Under the pieces are notes generated by a model. It saw only the letters and a list, made by a program, of their open reading frames with translations, was not told the origin of the DNA and ran no database searches. Below are positions 24,481-37,650 of a stretch of 64,000 bases of DNA, one piece after another. The first letter of the stretch is position 1. Each line of letters begins with the position of its first letter. The translations under genes were made by a program, and so were the position numbers. The DNA comes from Octopus sinensis (taxonomy: Eukaryota): contig NC_043007.1 of assembly GCF_006345805.1 (NCBI RefSeq), positions 10,044,001-10,108,000 of the forward strand, in the 5' to 3' direction.

Positions 24481-26791
24481 CACTGGTCAACAAGTATTTT
24501 TCATGAAGCATCTGTCATGGTGTAGTGTACTGTCATCTTAGTGTAGCTTTTTAATGCTGATTTCAAATATACAGTTTTCAAGATGAGAAAGTTTTTTGGT
24601 TTTAGTTCATGCATTATATAGAAATTCCAATCAATGACGTGTATGCATCTATTTCATTTACATCATGGAAACATACCTTTAAAATAAACTATATTATTCA
24701 TTGCTGCATAGTTCAGGTGCAATATTTCATCATCATCTTAAATTAACCAATCAAGTATTGTCTGATGAAATAGGTATTTCAACATCTCAAATTGTCCAGT
24801 CATAATTGGTCTGATGAAATATTTCATCATCTCAAATTCAATATAAGTATAACCGTTTGTATCTATTTCCTTACTTGTTTTACAATGTTAACAATGTCAA
24901 GACAGTGTAGAAATCCAACTGATGTATTTTGTGATGTCTGTGGACAGTGTATTGTGAAAGCTGAAAAACGTACAATAGATCAAGAAGATTTATAAGCTAT
25001 ACTTTGACTGTCCCCTTGGGCACCACATTTTATCTGCTCAGTTTGCTCAGATGACCGGTTCAATGAGAAGTCCAGGCCTTTTGCCATTCCAATGATATGG
25101 AAGAACTTATTTATGCAAAGTAAATGTCACAGGATTTTCTATGAAGAATAAACACAAAATTGTGTATCCCGATTTGGATTCTGCCACGAGACCTGTGCCT
25201 CACAATGGAAGTCTGCCAATTCCGGTTCCACCAGATGATGGTATTGAAACATCAGATGATGATACTGACTGTCATGATAGTGCTGCTGAGGAAGATTATG
25301 TGGCTGATGACGATAGCTTTGAACCTCAGAAATTTTCCCTAGCTGAACTAAACAACCTTGTCAGAGACCTATCCCTCTCAAAAGATAAAGCAGGACTGTT
25401 GACATCAAGACTGAAAGAGAAATATCTGCTAGAGCATGGTGTTCATATAACTTATTTTCGGCAGAGAAATGTGGTTCTATAAAAGTGGTTTTCTGTTAAA
25501 GGCCTGCTTTGTTTTTGCAGTAACATTGAAGGACTAATGTTTATCACAAAATCATGATCCTGCAGAGTGGCGTTTGTTTATTGACTCTTCAAAACGAAGT
25601 TTAAAAGCTGTACTTCTCCATAATGGTAATTTGAAGCCCTCCATTCCTATTGCACACTCCATTAATCTTTATGAATCATATGAAAATATGGAACTTTTAT
25701 TTTATGCCATTGCCTTGAAAGATACTCATAGAAAATATGTGAAGATTTAAAAGTTTTTGGAATGTTAATGGGAATGCAGTCAGGTTTCACAAAATACTGT
25801 TGTTTCTTGTGTCTGTGGGATAGTCAGGCAACTGACAGACATTATTCAGAATCAAATTGGCAGACAAGAACACCATACCAGCCAGGACAGTATAGCGTTA
25901 AGAATACACTTCTTGTAGGTCCATGTAATGTCCTATTGCTTCATTTGCACATAAAACTTGGACTGATGAAATAGTTTGAAAAAGACACTAGGGAAGAGAA
26001 ATACCAGAGGGTTTGAGTATATTGTTAGAAAAGTTTCCAAAAATCACACAGGTGAAATTGAAAGAAGGTATCTTTGTTGGACCCCAAATTAGAGATGTAC
26101 ATAAAGATGCCAACTTCAAGACAACAACTGGATGAACTGGAACTGCCTGCCTGGAATGATTTCAACTAGATCTGTGAGAAATTCTTGGGCAACAAGACGG
26201 CAATGGACTACAAGGATAGCATCAAAAATCTTCTGAAATGTTACTCCGCAATGGGTTGTCGCATGTTACTGAAAGTTCACTTCTTCGACTACCATCTGGA
26301 TTTCTTTGCAGATAACCTTGGAGCAGTGTCTGATGAACATGGTGAAAGATTTTCTCCAGGACATTAGTGCTATGGAGAAGCAGTACCAAGGCTTCTGGAA
26401 TGACAGTATGCTGGCTGATTACTGCTGAACACTTTACTGTGATAACCAGATCAGAAACATTGTGATTTGGATTTCCTGCGGTGTTCCTAACTCTGTTGTT
26501 CTAATTTTATTTTGTCTGACCCATTTTTTGCATATTCACTCTTTGCAAAATGAGAGTAATGATTTTTAACTCAATAAACTAATTTACTTCCTAAAAATAA
26601 TATGTCCTTATTTATTACGTTAAAAAAATTTCATATATACAAATATTTAAGTATTTGCATGTCTCTACTGAAAAACTGATACTTGTTGCATACAAATGTA
26701 GTGAAATTTTGAAATCAGCATGAAAAATTAGTCTAAAAATGTTGGTTTGCATTCATAATGAGTATAATACATTTAATTTTGTTGACCAGTG
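24481..26791 (+). mobile_element. Chapaev3-like (CMC) DNA transposon, full length, decayed
   Basis: Perfect 13-bp TIRs CACTGGTCAACAA (24481-93, 26779-91). Subterminal inverted motif TTTTT(A/C)ATGCTGATTTCAAA about 70 bp in at both ends. Flanks TAA / TTA (TWA-type, imperfect TSD). Internal transposase relic. Confidence 0.82.
24894..26430 (+). pseudogene. Chapaev3-type transposase pseudogene
   Basis: Motifs in order across frameshifts and stops: MSRQCRNPTDVFCDVCG, PHFICSVC, FAIPMIW, KNKHKIVYPDLDSATRPVPH, ELNNLVRDLSLSK..LL.SRLKE, PAEWRLFIDSSKRSLKAVLLHNGN, QSGFTKYCCFLCLWDS, LHIKLGLMK, KEGIFVGPQIR, MGCRM.LKVHF.DYHLDFF..NLGAVSDEHGERF, SMLADYC(W>stop). Confidence 0.82.
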
Positions 26792-26947
26792 TTAATGACA
26801 GCAAAAGCAGGGATGTGGGTGTGCTAGTTGAACATCTCTTTACAAACAAACCTAGTTCTGATTGCTCTCTCATCTTTTGTATCTGGTTATATTACTGGTA
26901 CTTCTGTTGGTCTCATAGTATTGAAAAATATTGCCTATCTTTACAAG

Positions 26948-27345
26948 ATTTACTTTAGTATTTCAGCTTTTCATTTCCTATAGCACACAGACCATTGACA
27001 ACTTTTCTCCATTGTTCTTGATTCTGAGCAGGGCAACACTCTCATGGGTGGGGGCATCCTCATATGTTTCCCCAAGGAAAGGCCCTTCCCCTTCCAGGTT
27101 TTGTTTCTTTTTTTTTTTTAAATTGCAATCACTGCTTCTGTAACTTAAGCTTTTGTCTTTTTGCTTGGTAAGGTTGTTGGCCCTACACAAACTCCTTGTT
27201 ATCTCTGGAAAGAGGCGATTCATATTAGTCTGATCTACGATCTGTCCTGCGTAGGAGGTCCTATGAAGAGCTTGTGTTCCCACTGGTAGGGTCAGTGAGA
27301 CACACAAACAACCACGTCACAAGGATTGGACCTTGTGGTGGTTAT
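26948..27345 (-). mobile_element. Internally deleted RTE-clade LINE (5'UTR joined to ORF C-terminus)
   Basis: 5' part resembles RTE 5'UTR motifs (ATCCTTGTGACGTGG..GACCCT..; AGGGCCAACAACCTTACC..AAAAA). 3' part encodes AQNQEQWRKVVNGLCA..., like RTE C-termini (AQDR..WR..V..LC). Confidence 0.45.
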
Positions 27346-28849
27346 CAAGATTTAATTATGCCATTTTTAAGCTACTGATTATACAGTCTAGCATGAAAGA
27401 ATAGAAGCAAGCAAGCTCCTTGTTCAGTTTATAACTTAGTTTCATTTCCCAGTGGTAATCATTTCACTTCACTTGTGTTGCTGATGCTCTTAAGAAAGCA
27501 TTCCCTCTTTGTTATAATTATGCATCCAAGTGCCAAACCGTTTCCTTGAATTTCAGTTTGGTGCATTTAGCTGTTTCAGGCCAAATTGTTCTGATAAATT
27601 TCATTCATTGACCTTATTCTCATCATTAAGTTTTGTTTGTTTTTCTGGGGATCAGGATTTATAATATGTATTGTTATCACTAAATAGAGATTGTGTACAT
27701 TCGGTGGGTAAGATTTTGGTGTTTCTTTAACCATTTGAGCAATTTACTTAGAAGCTCTATTGTCAGGTTAACATGCGTTAATCATCCGTTATAGAGACCA
27801 ATTTAGGGAAAGAAAGTAAATGAAATCTAACAGCAACTTTGTCTTAATGGTTGGTTAGTTTGTGAATTATAGCAAGAATGGTTCCTTTGATCAGCCGCCA
27901 TGATAATAGATGCAAGATAGTTTCAAAGTAGAGATAATCAACTAGTGATATGTAAATTGATTAATGAAGAAACGGCTCTCTGATAAGTGAAATAGATTTC
28001 GTAAGAGACTAATGGGGAAATAGCAGGTTCCTGAAAATGTTTTATAACAAATATATTGTGTTATTTATATATTTATAATACATTGCATTTTCAGTTTATA
28101 AATGTTAAGTATTGATTTCCAGTAAAGGGATAAGACTTGCAAAGACACACATTAAGATTTATTTCAGTTCTTAAAATGTTATTATTATTATCATTATCAT
28201 TATTATTATTTAATAAAATGTTTTCTTTTATTAGTTTCAGTTATTGGACTGTAGCCATGCTGGGATGCTGCATTCCAGGATTTTAGCTCTCAGACCCTTA
28301 AATACTTATTTTATTGATCTCTGCTTCTTAAATAGTTGAATTCTGCTGTTGAGCTACATCACTTCAGGGGGTCACCTCTCACTTTAGCAAATATAAACCA
28401 CAAGAATCTCGTCTCTCTGTATCTCTCTCTCGCTCTCACACACATACATGATGGGATTCCATATAGTTTTCATTTACCAAATTTCACTCACGAAACGTCA
28501 TTGGGCAATTTGAGTTTATAGTAGACTCTTCACTAAGGTGCCTCACAGTGGTATTGAACCAGAAACCACTTCATTGCTTAATAAATTTCTTAATCTCACA
28601 ACCATGCATAATCCTCTCTACTATAGGCACAAGGCACGAAGTTTGGTGGGGAGGGGTAAGTCGATTACATCAACCCCAGTGCATATCTAGTACGTATTTA
28701 ACTGACCTTGAAAGGATGAAAAGCAAAGTTGATGGAGGTGGAATTTGAACTCAGTAATGTGGAGATGGACAAAATACTGCTAAGCATTTTGCCTGGCATG
28801 CTAACGTTTCTACCAGCTCGCCGCCTTAACCATGCATAATAATTTATAA

Positions 28850-29060
28850 AGGCTGGATAAATATAGTGTCCAATAAATAACCTACCTTTACATTGCCATT
28901 GTAACTTCTACTTTTATTAATTAAGCACTGAATATAATAATCTAAATAATCATAGTTTCTACCAACTGTATACTGCAAGTCATCCATTTGAAATAACTTA
29001 ATTCTTCTTATCTTCTCCATCATCATATTTCATTGCTCTTCATTCTAATTCATTTTTAGA
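28850..29060 (-). mobile_element. R4/Dong-like reverse transcriptase fragment
   Basis: RIKLFQMDDLQY resembles the RT YMDDLKLY motif; heavily decayed. Confidence 0.35.
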
Positions 29061-29354
29061 GTCTTTAACTGATACTTCAGTTGTTCTGGGAATTATATCT
29101 CCATCTTCCTTCTGTTGAAATCTCTTCTGTTTCTGCTCTTTACATTTACATTTGTCATTTCATCTCTCGATACTATGGATTTCTGTAGAAAAGCTTTTAA
29201 TTCCCATGCTGATAGCTTATAGCTATATAAGAATTTGACTTTTATCTCAGCTGGTAAGCTATGCTTTGCCGTTAACTTAGGGGAAACAAAAATATTTATA
29301 ATATTAATAATGATGATAATGCATTAGGTATTAGTCACGATGATGATGATAATG

Positions 29355-29388
<34 letters not shown>

Positions 29389-30729
29389 TAATAATTCTGC
29401 TATCAAGTCTGTTCATATGTGTGTGTGTCAGGAAAAGGGGTTGCATTTGGGTAAGTAGATACATATATAAAAACAAGAGGTGGGTCAAAGATGTTATCTA
29501 ATGGTACATTGAAGCATTGAAGATTAAGAAATATAAACAATCATAAATTACACAAACTATATAAATAGGTGTCACTTTTATCTCTTAATCTTTTACTTGT
29601 TTTAGTCATTGAACCGTGGCCATACTGGGACACTGCCTTAAAGAATTTTAGTCAAACGACTCGACCACAGTACTTATTTCATGTCTCATTCTTATTCTGT
29701 TAGTCTCTTTTGCTGAACCGCTAAGTTATGCGGACACACACAAACCGACACTGATTGTCATGCAGTAGTGGGTAACAAGCACAAAGTTACATACAGGTGT
29801 GTGGTACACTCATTCTGTATATTTTCATGGTTCATCCTCAGTTTCAAAGATCAGGCGTACACTTTCATATGCTTAACTCTTATCAGTGGAGCAAATGGAA
29901 TGCCATAAATCCTCTAGGATTTTTGTAAACAGTTCCTTTAGGGCATATGGGAACCCCCTCTTTCTTCAACTAATTCAACCCATGTCTCATACCTGTTCGG
30001 TTCATAATACTAGCAAAGTAGCTGTTGTTCATATCTTGTTAGTACTTTTGTTAATGTTACACACATTTACATTGTTGTTGCTGTTACTGTTGTTGTTACA
30101 AGATGGGGGGCTGGCAGAGTTGTTAGCATGCTGAACCAAATGCTTAACAACATTTCATCTGTCTCACATTTTAAGTTCAAATTCCCTTCAAGTTGACTTC
30201 GATGAAATAAGTATCACTTATGGACTAGGATTGATGTTATCGACTGATCCCCCCCCCCATATTTCCGGCCCTGTTGTCACTAGATCTCTTGCACATGTGA
30301 TACAAATCAGTGTCTACAGGTGTCACATTTTGACTGTTTGTGACTATTTCTTTATTTCATTGTCATTTTTTTTTCTGTTTATTTTGTTTTGAATTCTGTT
30401 TAGCTTTCACTAACTTCATTTTTGTACATTCAAAAATAATTTCATAATTTTTTTAATGAAGAGATATATGCAGTGCTATTTCTTTTCTTGTTAATACCTT
30501 TTTATAGTAGAGGAAACTATATTCAAGAATTACTGGGAAAGACCTCCCAAGTGTTTCAAAGCACCCCTCCTTTCAAAATAACCTAAACAAGAAAAGTTTT
30601 CCCCCTAGTAATACCTGAATTCAAATTTCATTGGAGCTATCTCAAAAGACTTTCATTCATGCTAAAACACAAATATAATAATAATGATGGTCAATTCTGT
30701 TGATTTCAACATGAGTGTTTGAAGGGAAT

Positions 30730-30762
<33 letters not shown>

Positions 30763-32109
30763 AATCGACATCTGTTTGTGATGGATGCATGAGTCCAAGT
30801 ATGGGTTTTGCTATGAAGTCACAATGAGGACAATGATGATTTTGATTCTGGCTGGGATTGGACAAAATACTCTACTATTTTTTCAGTTAATTCTGAAAAT
30901 AACTCTGACATTATTCAGCTGGGGTTTAGAACATAACATGAAATTTTAATGAAAATTTTAATTCAGATTACTTCAAAATTGAAGTTTTTATTATAGCACC
31001 AAGGGCAGTTTCAGTGGGGTTGGTATCTAAAGGGTTAAGTCATTTTGATCAGATATCTTCAACAATCAGACCTTTGACCTGTACTGGATCATGGAGCATT
31101 TCATACTGGGTTGCATGGAAAGAATATATTTCAAAATTTTATTTCTATTTTATCAACTATTGCAGTCTGCAGGGTGTTTTTGCATTATATATGTATTATA
31201 TATTATGCTCTTTATTGTCTTTTGTTATGTCCACAATTTCATGGTCCATGGAAAAACCGACTTGCATGAAGATGGTCTGTAGTGCAAAAGAAGTTTGGCA
31301 AGCTGGTATACATAGTACAGTGAATATGCTGAAATCAAGACTACCATGGAATGAAACAAATCTTATTGATAGATCTAGTTATGTTATCTTTCAAATTAGG
31401 TATAACAGCTACAAAGTAATTTATTTAAATCGGATGCATGTGGCATACAAGAGAACAACTGAGCACATTGTCAAGGGCATTATTAACCATGATGTAACAT
31501 TCAGCAATCTTCTAAAGTTTCTTTAATTACCTCCTACAACATATGTATAATACCATAGAAGATACTTATTTATAAATAAAGTAATGTTAATATACTTAAT
31601 ATAATGCAGTCAACCAATATAATTAAAAATAAATTATGTATTTAGAACACAGCAATCTATCTTATATGCAATGTATACAGTTGCAAGAATGCTTGCAATA
31701 GATGTAGAATAACACTTCACTGCTTTGATATTAATTGAAGAATCTCATTTAAATTCTGTTAATGAAATGTTCTACACAATGGTGTATCTAGAGATGGTGG
31801 CTTTTCAGCCTCTTGGTCATGAGTTCCAGCCTTAATATAATAGACATTGTTATGTTATGCAACAACAGAAGTAAAACGATGTTAACATCATACACACATA
31901 CCATTTTACTCTTTTCAGTCTTTCAACTGTGGCCATGCTGGAGCACTCTCTTGAAGGGTCTTAGTCAAACAAATTGACTGCAGGACTTAATTTTTTAAGC
32001 CCAGTACTTATTCTATCAGTCTCTTTTGCCAAACTGCTAAATTTTGATGTGCCTTCATTATGGTGCCACAAGCAATGACCTGATATGCGGAGATGTTCAT
32101 GTTGGTCAC

Positions 32110-32330
32110 TTTTGGAAGGCTTCATTGGTTGTGTGCTGCTGCCATTGCACATCCAGGGTCATTCCTCACTGTAGCATCTTTGTATAGCAACCACCCAAAC
32201 TCTTCTTTGCTTCTTTGGTAAGTGTCCATGTCTTGCTGCCATACAAGAGCACTAACTCAACAGTAGCAAATTAATTAAGGACAATACTTGGAACCTTCTT
32301 TATCACAGCAAGGTCATAACTAAATATAGC
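32110..32330 (-). mobile_element. RTE-clade reverse transcriptase fragment
   Basis: ATVELVLLYGSKTWTLTKEAKKSLGGCYTKML..LDVQWQQHTTNE matches the RTE LLYGCE.WT..L.G.YTRML..W..H.TN signature. Confidence 0.65.
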
Positions 32331-33610
32331 AAGGCATTTATGTGAAAATTGTACAGTTTCTACCACTTAACCGCCTTTTTATTTATATTAAATTACTTCC
32401 CCATAGATTGGTAAATGGAGTAGATTTCTAATAGTTAATTGCTTAAGAATATATATGTTGATATGTCTTTAATCACCTTTAATAACTATTGATTCTTGAT
32501 CCACTTTCTTTCTGACTTCTACACATTCAGTTTAGTCTGACATAAAAACTGAATCATGAGAAATTTAAAGAGAGTATACTGCTGTCTTTATTGTACCAAA
32601 TTTCTTGAAATAAGCTACAAGAGAAATATTCATATTCATTTATTTCTCTTACAAAGTGTTATTGAACAGACAAGTATGTAGCTTAAGAAATAATATTTTC
32701 ATATTAAATGTGGGTACTAGCAGAGCTAAGAATAGGTGCCGGCATGGCTGTGAGGTTAAGAAGTTCACTTCCCAACCATGTGGGCTTTAGTGTGAGTTCC
32801 TCTATGCAGCAAGTGTTTTCTTTTATAGCCCTAGGCTATCCAAAGCCTTAGGAGTGAATTTGGTTGACAGAAACTGAGAAAAAGCCTTTATGGAGCTCAA
32901 TATAGCCCTGCAGTTTGTCAGTTTCTTGTCAGCCCATCCTGCCCATGCCAACATGGAAAGTAGATGTGAAATGATGATGATAATGTGTGTGTGTGTGTGT
33001 GTGTGTTTACAGTTGCACTCTTCAAAAGTTGGGAGCTACAACTGTTGTCACTTATCTTGCCAGCAAATTGTTCATTTGTTTCTCACTTTCAGAGTGTTCC
33101 TTTGTAAAATAGGTAAGGGTAAGAAAATAGGTAAGAAATTTTACTATAAAACTTCTAAAGCTTTGTTTAATTGAAACAGTCACCTTGCTAGAATATGGCT
33201 ATAAAAAAAGGTTAAAATCTGTTCAGTTCTTCTAGTGCCTCAGTACAGTTGATATAGAAAATTAAATACCTACATCTGGGGATTACTACTCAATGAAGCT
33301 AAAAGCACTCAAACTCAGTTTTTGGTTATGATGGATATAGTTAATTTTTTGGAGCGTAATTATGTGGTTGGAAGTTTGCTTCCCAACTACATCGGTCAGT
33401 GTTCAGTCCTGCTGTGTTGAATCATGGACAAGTGTCTTCTGCTATAAGCACAGGCTGACAAAACATTATGAGTCAGATGGAAACTAAAAGCAGCTCATTA
33501 TGTCTGTGTGTGTGTAAACTTACTTGGAAATGGACGCGTGGCATTCAATCAAATAATAATATAAAATATCTGTAACTTTACTTATTTTTTTTTTTTAATT
33601 TTTTTTTTTG

Positions 33611-33825
33611 TACTTGTTTCAGTCATTTTGACTGCGGCCATGCTGGAGCACCGCCTTTAGAGTGGTGAAAGAGTAAAGCAGGGATCACCACCACCCCCTG
33701 CCGGAGCCTCGTGGAGCTTTTAGGTGTTTTCGCTCAATAAACACACACAACGCCCGGTCTGGGAATCGAAACCGCGATCCTCCGACCGCAAGTCCGCTGC
33801 CCTAACCACTGGGCCATTGCGCTTC
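33611..33825 (-). mobile_element. Chimeric SINE: distinct tRNA-like head plus family B tail
   Basis: Head GAAGCGCAATGGCCCAGTGGTTAGGGCAGCGGACTTGCGGTCGGAGGATCGCGGTTTCGATTCCC; the last 50 nt equal the family B tail. Confidence 0.7.
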
Positions 33826-33954
33826 TATGTTATGAGAAGTTTTGAATATTGTCATTTGTTGTTGTTTTGCTCAGTTCAGCTGCGATCTTGCAGTGCTTTA
33901 GTGAAAGTTATTCCAGCCATGACAAATCCATTTTATTTTCATTCACTATATCTA

Positions 33955-34181
33955 GGCGGCGAGCTGGCAGAATTGTTAGCACGCTGGGCTTAATGCTGGT
34001 ATTTCATCTGCTGCTACATTCTGAGTTAAAATTCTGCTGAGATCGACTTTGCCTTTCAGCCTTTCGGGATTAATTAAATAAGTACCAGTTATGCACTGGG
34101 GTTGATGTAATCGACTTAGTTCCTTTGTCTGTCCTTGTTTGTCCCCTCTATGTTTAGCCTCTTGTGGGCAATAAAGAAATA
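33955..34181 (+). mobile_element. SINE family A with 10-bp TSD
   Basis: TSD TATATCTAGG at 33947-56 and 34182-91. Confidence 0.85.
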
Positions 34182-35085
34182 TATATCTAGGTCTCTATTA
34201 TCCAGTGTGTCCTTGTTTTTCAAAGTTCAAATGTCAGCATTATCTCAGTTAAGCCCTGATTCAGCAATACTGTGTTGAAAGCTGTTCCGGCCATGACAAA
34301 TCTGTCTTATTTTCATTCACTATATCTAGATCTACATTATCTAATGTGTGTCCTTTCATCTTGACATAAGATTAAAGAATATGATTTGAGGGAGATGTTG
34401 CTATTTCTAGCTGATCAAATGTCAGCATTGAGATTTATTTGTTTGGTTTATAACTGTCATTTATATTGCAGTTGGGGTTTTTAAAAAGAATTTTCCTTCT
34501 TTTTTATTTTCTGCTTTAACAATTACAAGATACTTGTAATGTGCAGCAGACTTTCATTTTAATCTTAATTTACTCCATCTATTTTTGCTTCTTATTTGAT
34601 TGCTTTTAAATTACTATTTATTTTGGGGATCACTTTCACACTTCTCTCTCAATTAGGCTTATTTTTCTTACTTATCATCCATATGGTTTTCTAATTCTTT
34701 TCTTCTTTTATAGTCTCAAAATACTTTACATGTATATTTATGGAAACATAATATGGCTCAATTTCTGTCTTGCTACTCTTTAAAAATAAACTAAAAATAT
34801 ACTTTAACAAAAAAAAAAAAAAAAAATTCAAATAATTACTAAAGTTGAAGCACTGTGCATTATTGCATTTTCTCATTTAAATCCGACAAATGCTTGATTA
34901 TGAAGGCTGAAAAAATTATTAGTCTATTTTCGGTGTTAGTTTGGTTGAAAAGTTGTAAGTCTCTTGACACAGGTATATGTAATTCTACACTACTGTGAGC
35001 TATTCTTGTAGTTTCACTACTCTACTTTCACAACTCTCCATCCATACATATGAATAGAAACAGTTGTCTTGAAGATGTTTATTTA

Positions 35086-35772
<687 letters not shown>

Positions 35773-36827
35773 TTTTTAGCCGCTTAATTTTGTTCCACAT
35801 GTTTCTTTTACTGGTTTCAGTTATTGGACAGCAGCCATGCTGCGGCACTACTTTCTGTGGCTTTTAGTCAATCATAGCCACTCTTATTTCATTTTACTAC
35901 TTATTGATAGGCATAGTTGTGGCTGTGCGGATGAGAAGCTTGCTTCCTAACCGTGTGGTCTTGGGTTCAAACCCACTGTGGCATCTTGGGCAAATGCTTA
36001 TTACTTTAGTCCTGAGCTGATCAAAGTCTTGTGAGTGGATTTGGTTGACGGAAACTAAAAGAGGCTGGTCATGTGTGTATGTGTGTAGCCTTATCTTGAT
36101 ATAATGCACTTAATATAGATGGGCATTCATCATCTTCATGATTATCATGTTAACATGTTTTTCATGTCAGCATGGGTTAGATGGTTTGATAAAGTCTAGC
36201 ATGCCATAGAGTTGCACCTTAGCTCCACTGTCAGCTTTGGCATAGTTTCTATGGCTGAATGTTCTCCCTATTGCCAACCACTTTACAGGGTGTACTGGGT
36301 GCTTTTTTCATGCTACCTGCTCCAGAGAGGCTACTAAGTAACTTGCAAGACAGAAAATGAACAAGGAAAAGAAATAAAACCTCCACTACTATGTTGGAGG
36401 AGTATTTGAGAGGAGGGAGGTGGCTTTATACCATGTGTTGAAATCCTAAAGTATGATAGAGGGACAAGCTCAGGTGTCTTGTAACAGAGAAGACACAAGG
36501 CTACCCCTCACTATATAAGGATAAAAGAAGTTGGCTAGTGACATATAGTTCAAGCACATTAAATAAGAACACAAGATTTGTGAATGTGAAAACAATTTCT
36601 TTTGAAACCATTATTGAATAAATATAAAAAAATGGTTAAAAGCTGGAATGTTGTGAGGTCAATACTGTATAGAATTATAATCATTCTTATAAAGTCTGGC
36701 AACTAGAAACTCCTGAGGAGATCTATAAATTCAAATATTGGAGCTGCAATACATGCAGTGATAAAGAAATGATATTAGAAGTGGCAATGATCCCATCACA
36801 GCCTTGGTAATTCTGAACATTGCCATG

Positions 36828-37650
36828 TCAGCACCTCAGGATACTCAATGTTTTTGGTTTTTACCAATAGGGACATAAATGAAAAGATTATTAGGGGCTT
36901 CCAAGACTTGAGTTTCTGACATAAAATTGGCTATTAGCAAATCAGTATTGAGTTTCTGACATATAATTGGCCATTAGCAAATTGGTATTCCTCAAGATGC
37001 TGTCCAGCAACTGTTGATGTTTGTCCTTGAAATTTATTGATTGACATGGCAAAGCTTAGGTTTTCTGCAAATTGAAAATCGAATGAGCACATCTGTTGTT
37101 ATGAGTGAAATTCTGCATCTTCTCCTTTGGTGCACCCGGTGAGAATAGCAGTATTGATGACATGTAGCATAAATTTCTTAAATATTTTTCTTGTGCCATT
37201 GCATAGTTGCAGCTGATTTAAATTCCACAGCAGCACATTATTGGAATCCCTTTTTGTTTTTTTTTTTCTAAGCTGACATCTGTGTACTGGTAGAACTTCT
37301 AAGAAATAGTCGTCATACCTGCAAACTTGCAAATCAATAGAACAGTGACTATTGATTTATAGGTATGGCTTTTTCTTGGAAGCATCTGCAACAGCTGCCA
37401 GTTGATGCTGCAGACCCAAGCATATTTTTACACACAGCCACCAATATATTAATTAATGATGTCAAAGGTTGAGGAACATCTTTAATATCAATACATCTGC
37501 TGTCTTGATCTCTGAATTTATGGGAACCGAATTCATGGTGCCATTACTTCTGAAAGGAAACCTCCTTCCTTCTTATTGTAACAAATTTTTAGTTTTCACT
37601 TCTCTGTCTGGAATTTCTTTTCTAATTCTACTCCAGATTTAGCTTTAAGA
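36828..37650 (-). pseudogene. Helitron Rep-helicase (PIF1-like) C-terminal relic
   Basis: Minus-strand motifs across frameshifts: LPRKSHTYKSI, LEVLPVH..KGIP.., LLWNL..LCNGTR..KKFMLHVINTAILTGCTKGED, LSFAMSINKFQGQT, F.NGQLYV (duplicated), GSPNNLFIYVPIGKTKNIEYPEVL. Confidence 0.75.

Noticed and set aside
24760-24830. Two CTGATGA words before hairpins
   Set aside because: Not followed by GAAA after the stem; treated as transposon subterminal repeats.
26330-26350. CTGATGA-AC(ATG)GT-GAAA hammerhead-like string
   Set aside because: It is the codons for SDEHGER of the transposase; no stem I.
27150-27300. HDV-like ribozyme in the RTE 5'UTR relic
   Set aside because: Only a P2-like pairing and CUAA are seen; P1, P3 and L3 cannot be built in this copy, so it is not called.
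31014-31526. 170-aa ORF
   Set aside because: GTG start, T-rich intron-like composition, no domain similarity.
33755-33825. tRNA gene
   Set aside because: A and B boxes are present but there is no acceptor stem or T-run terminator; it continues into a SINE body. The same applies to the 61054-61115 head.
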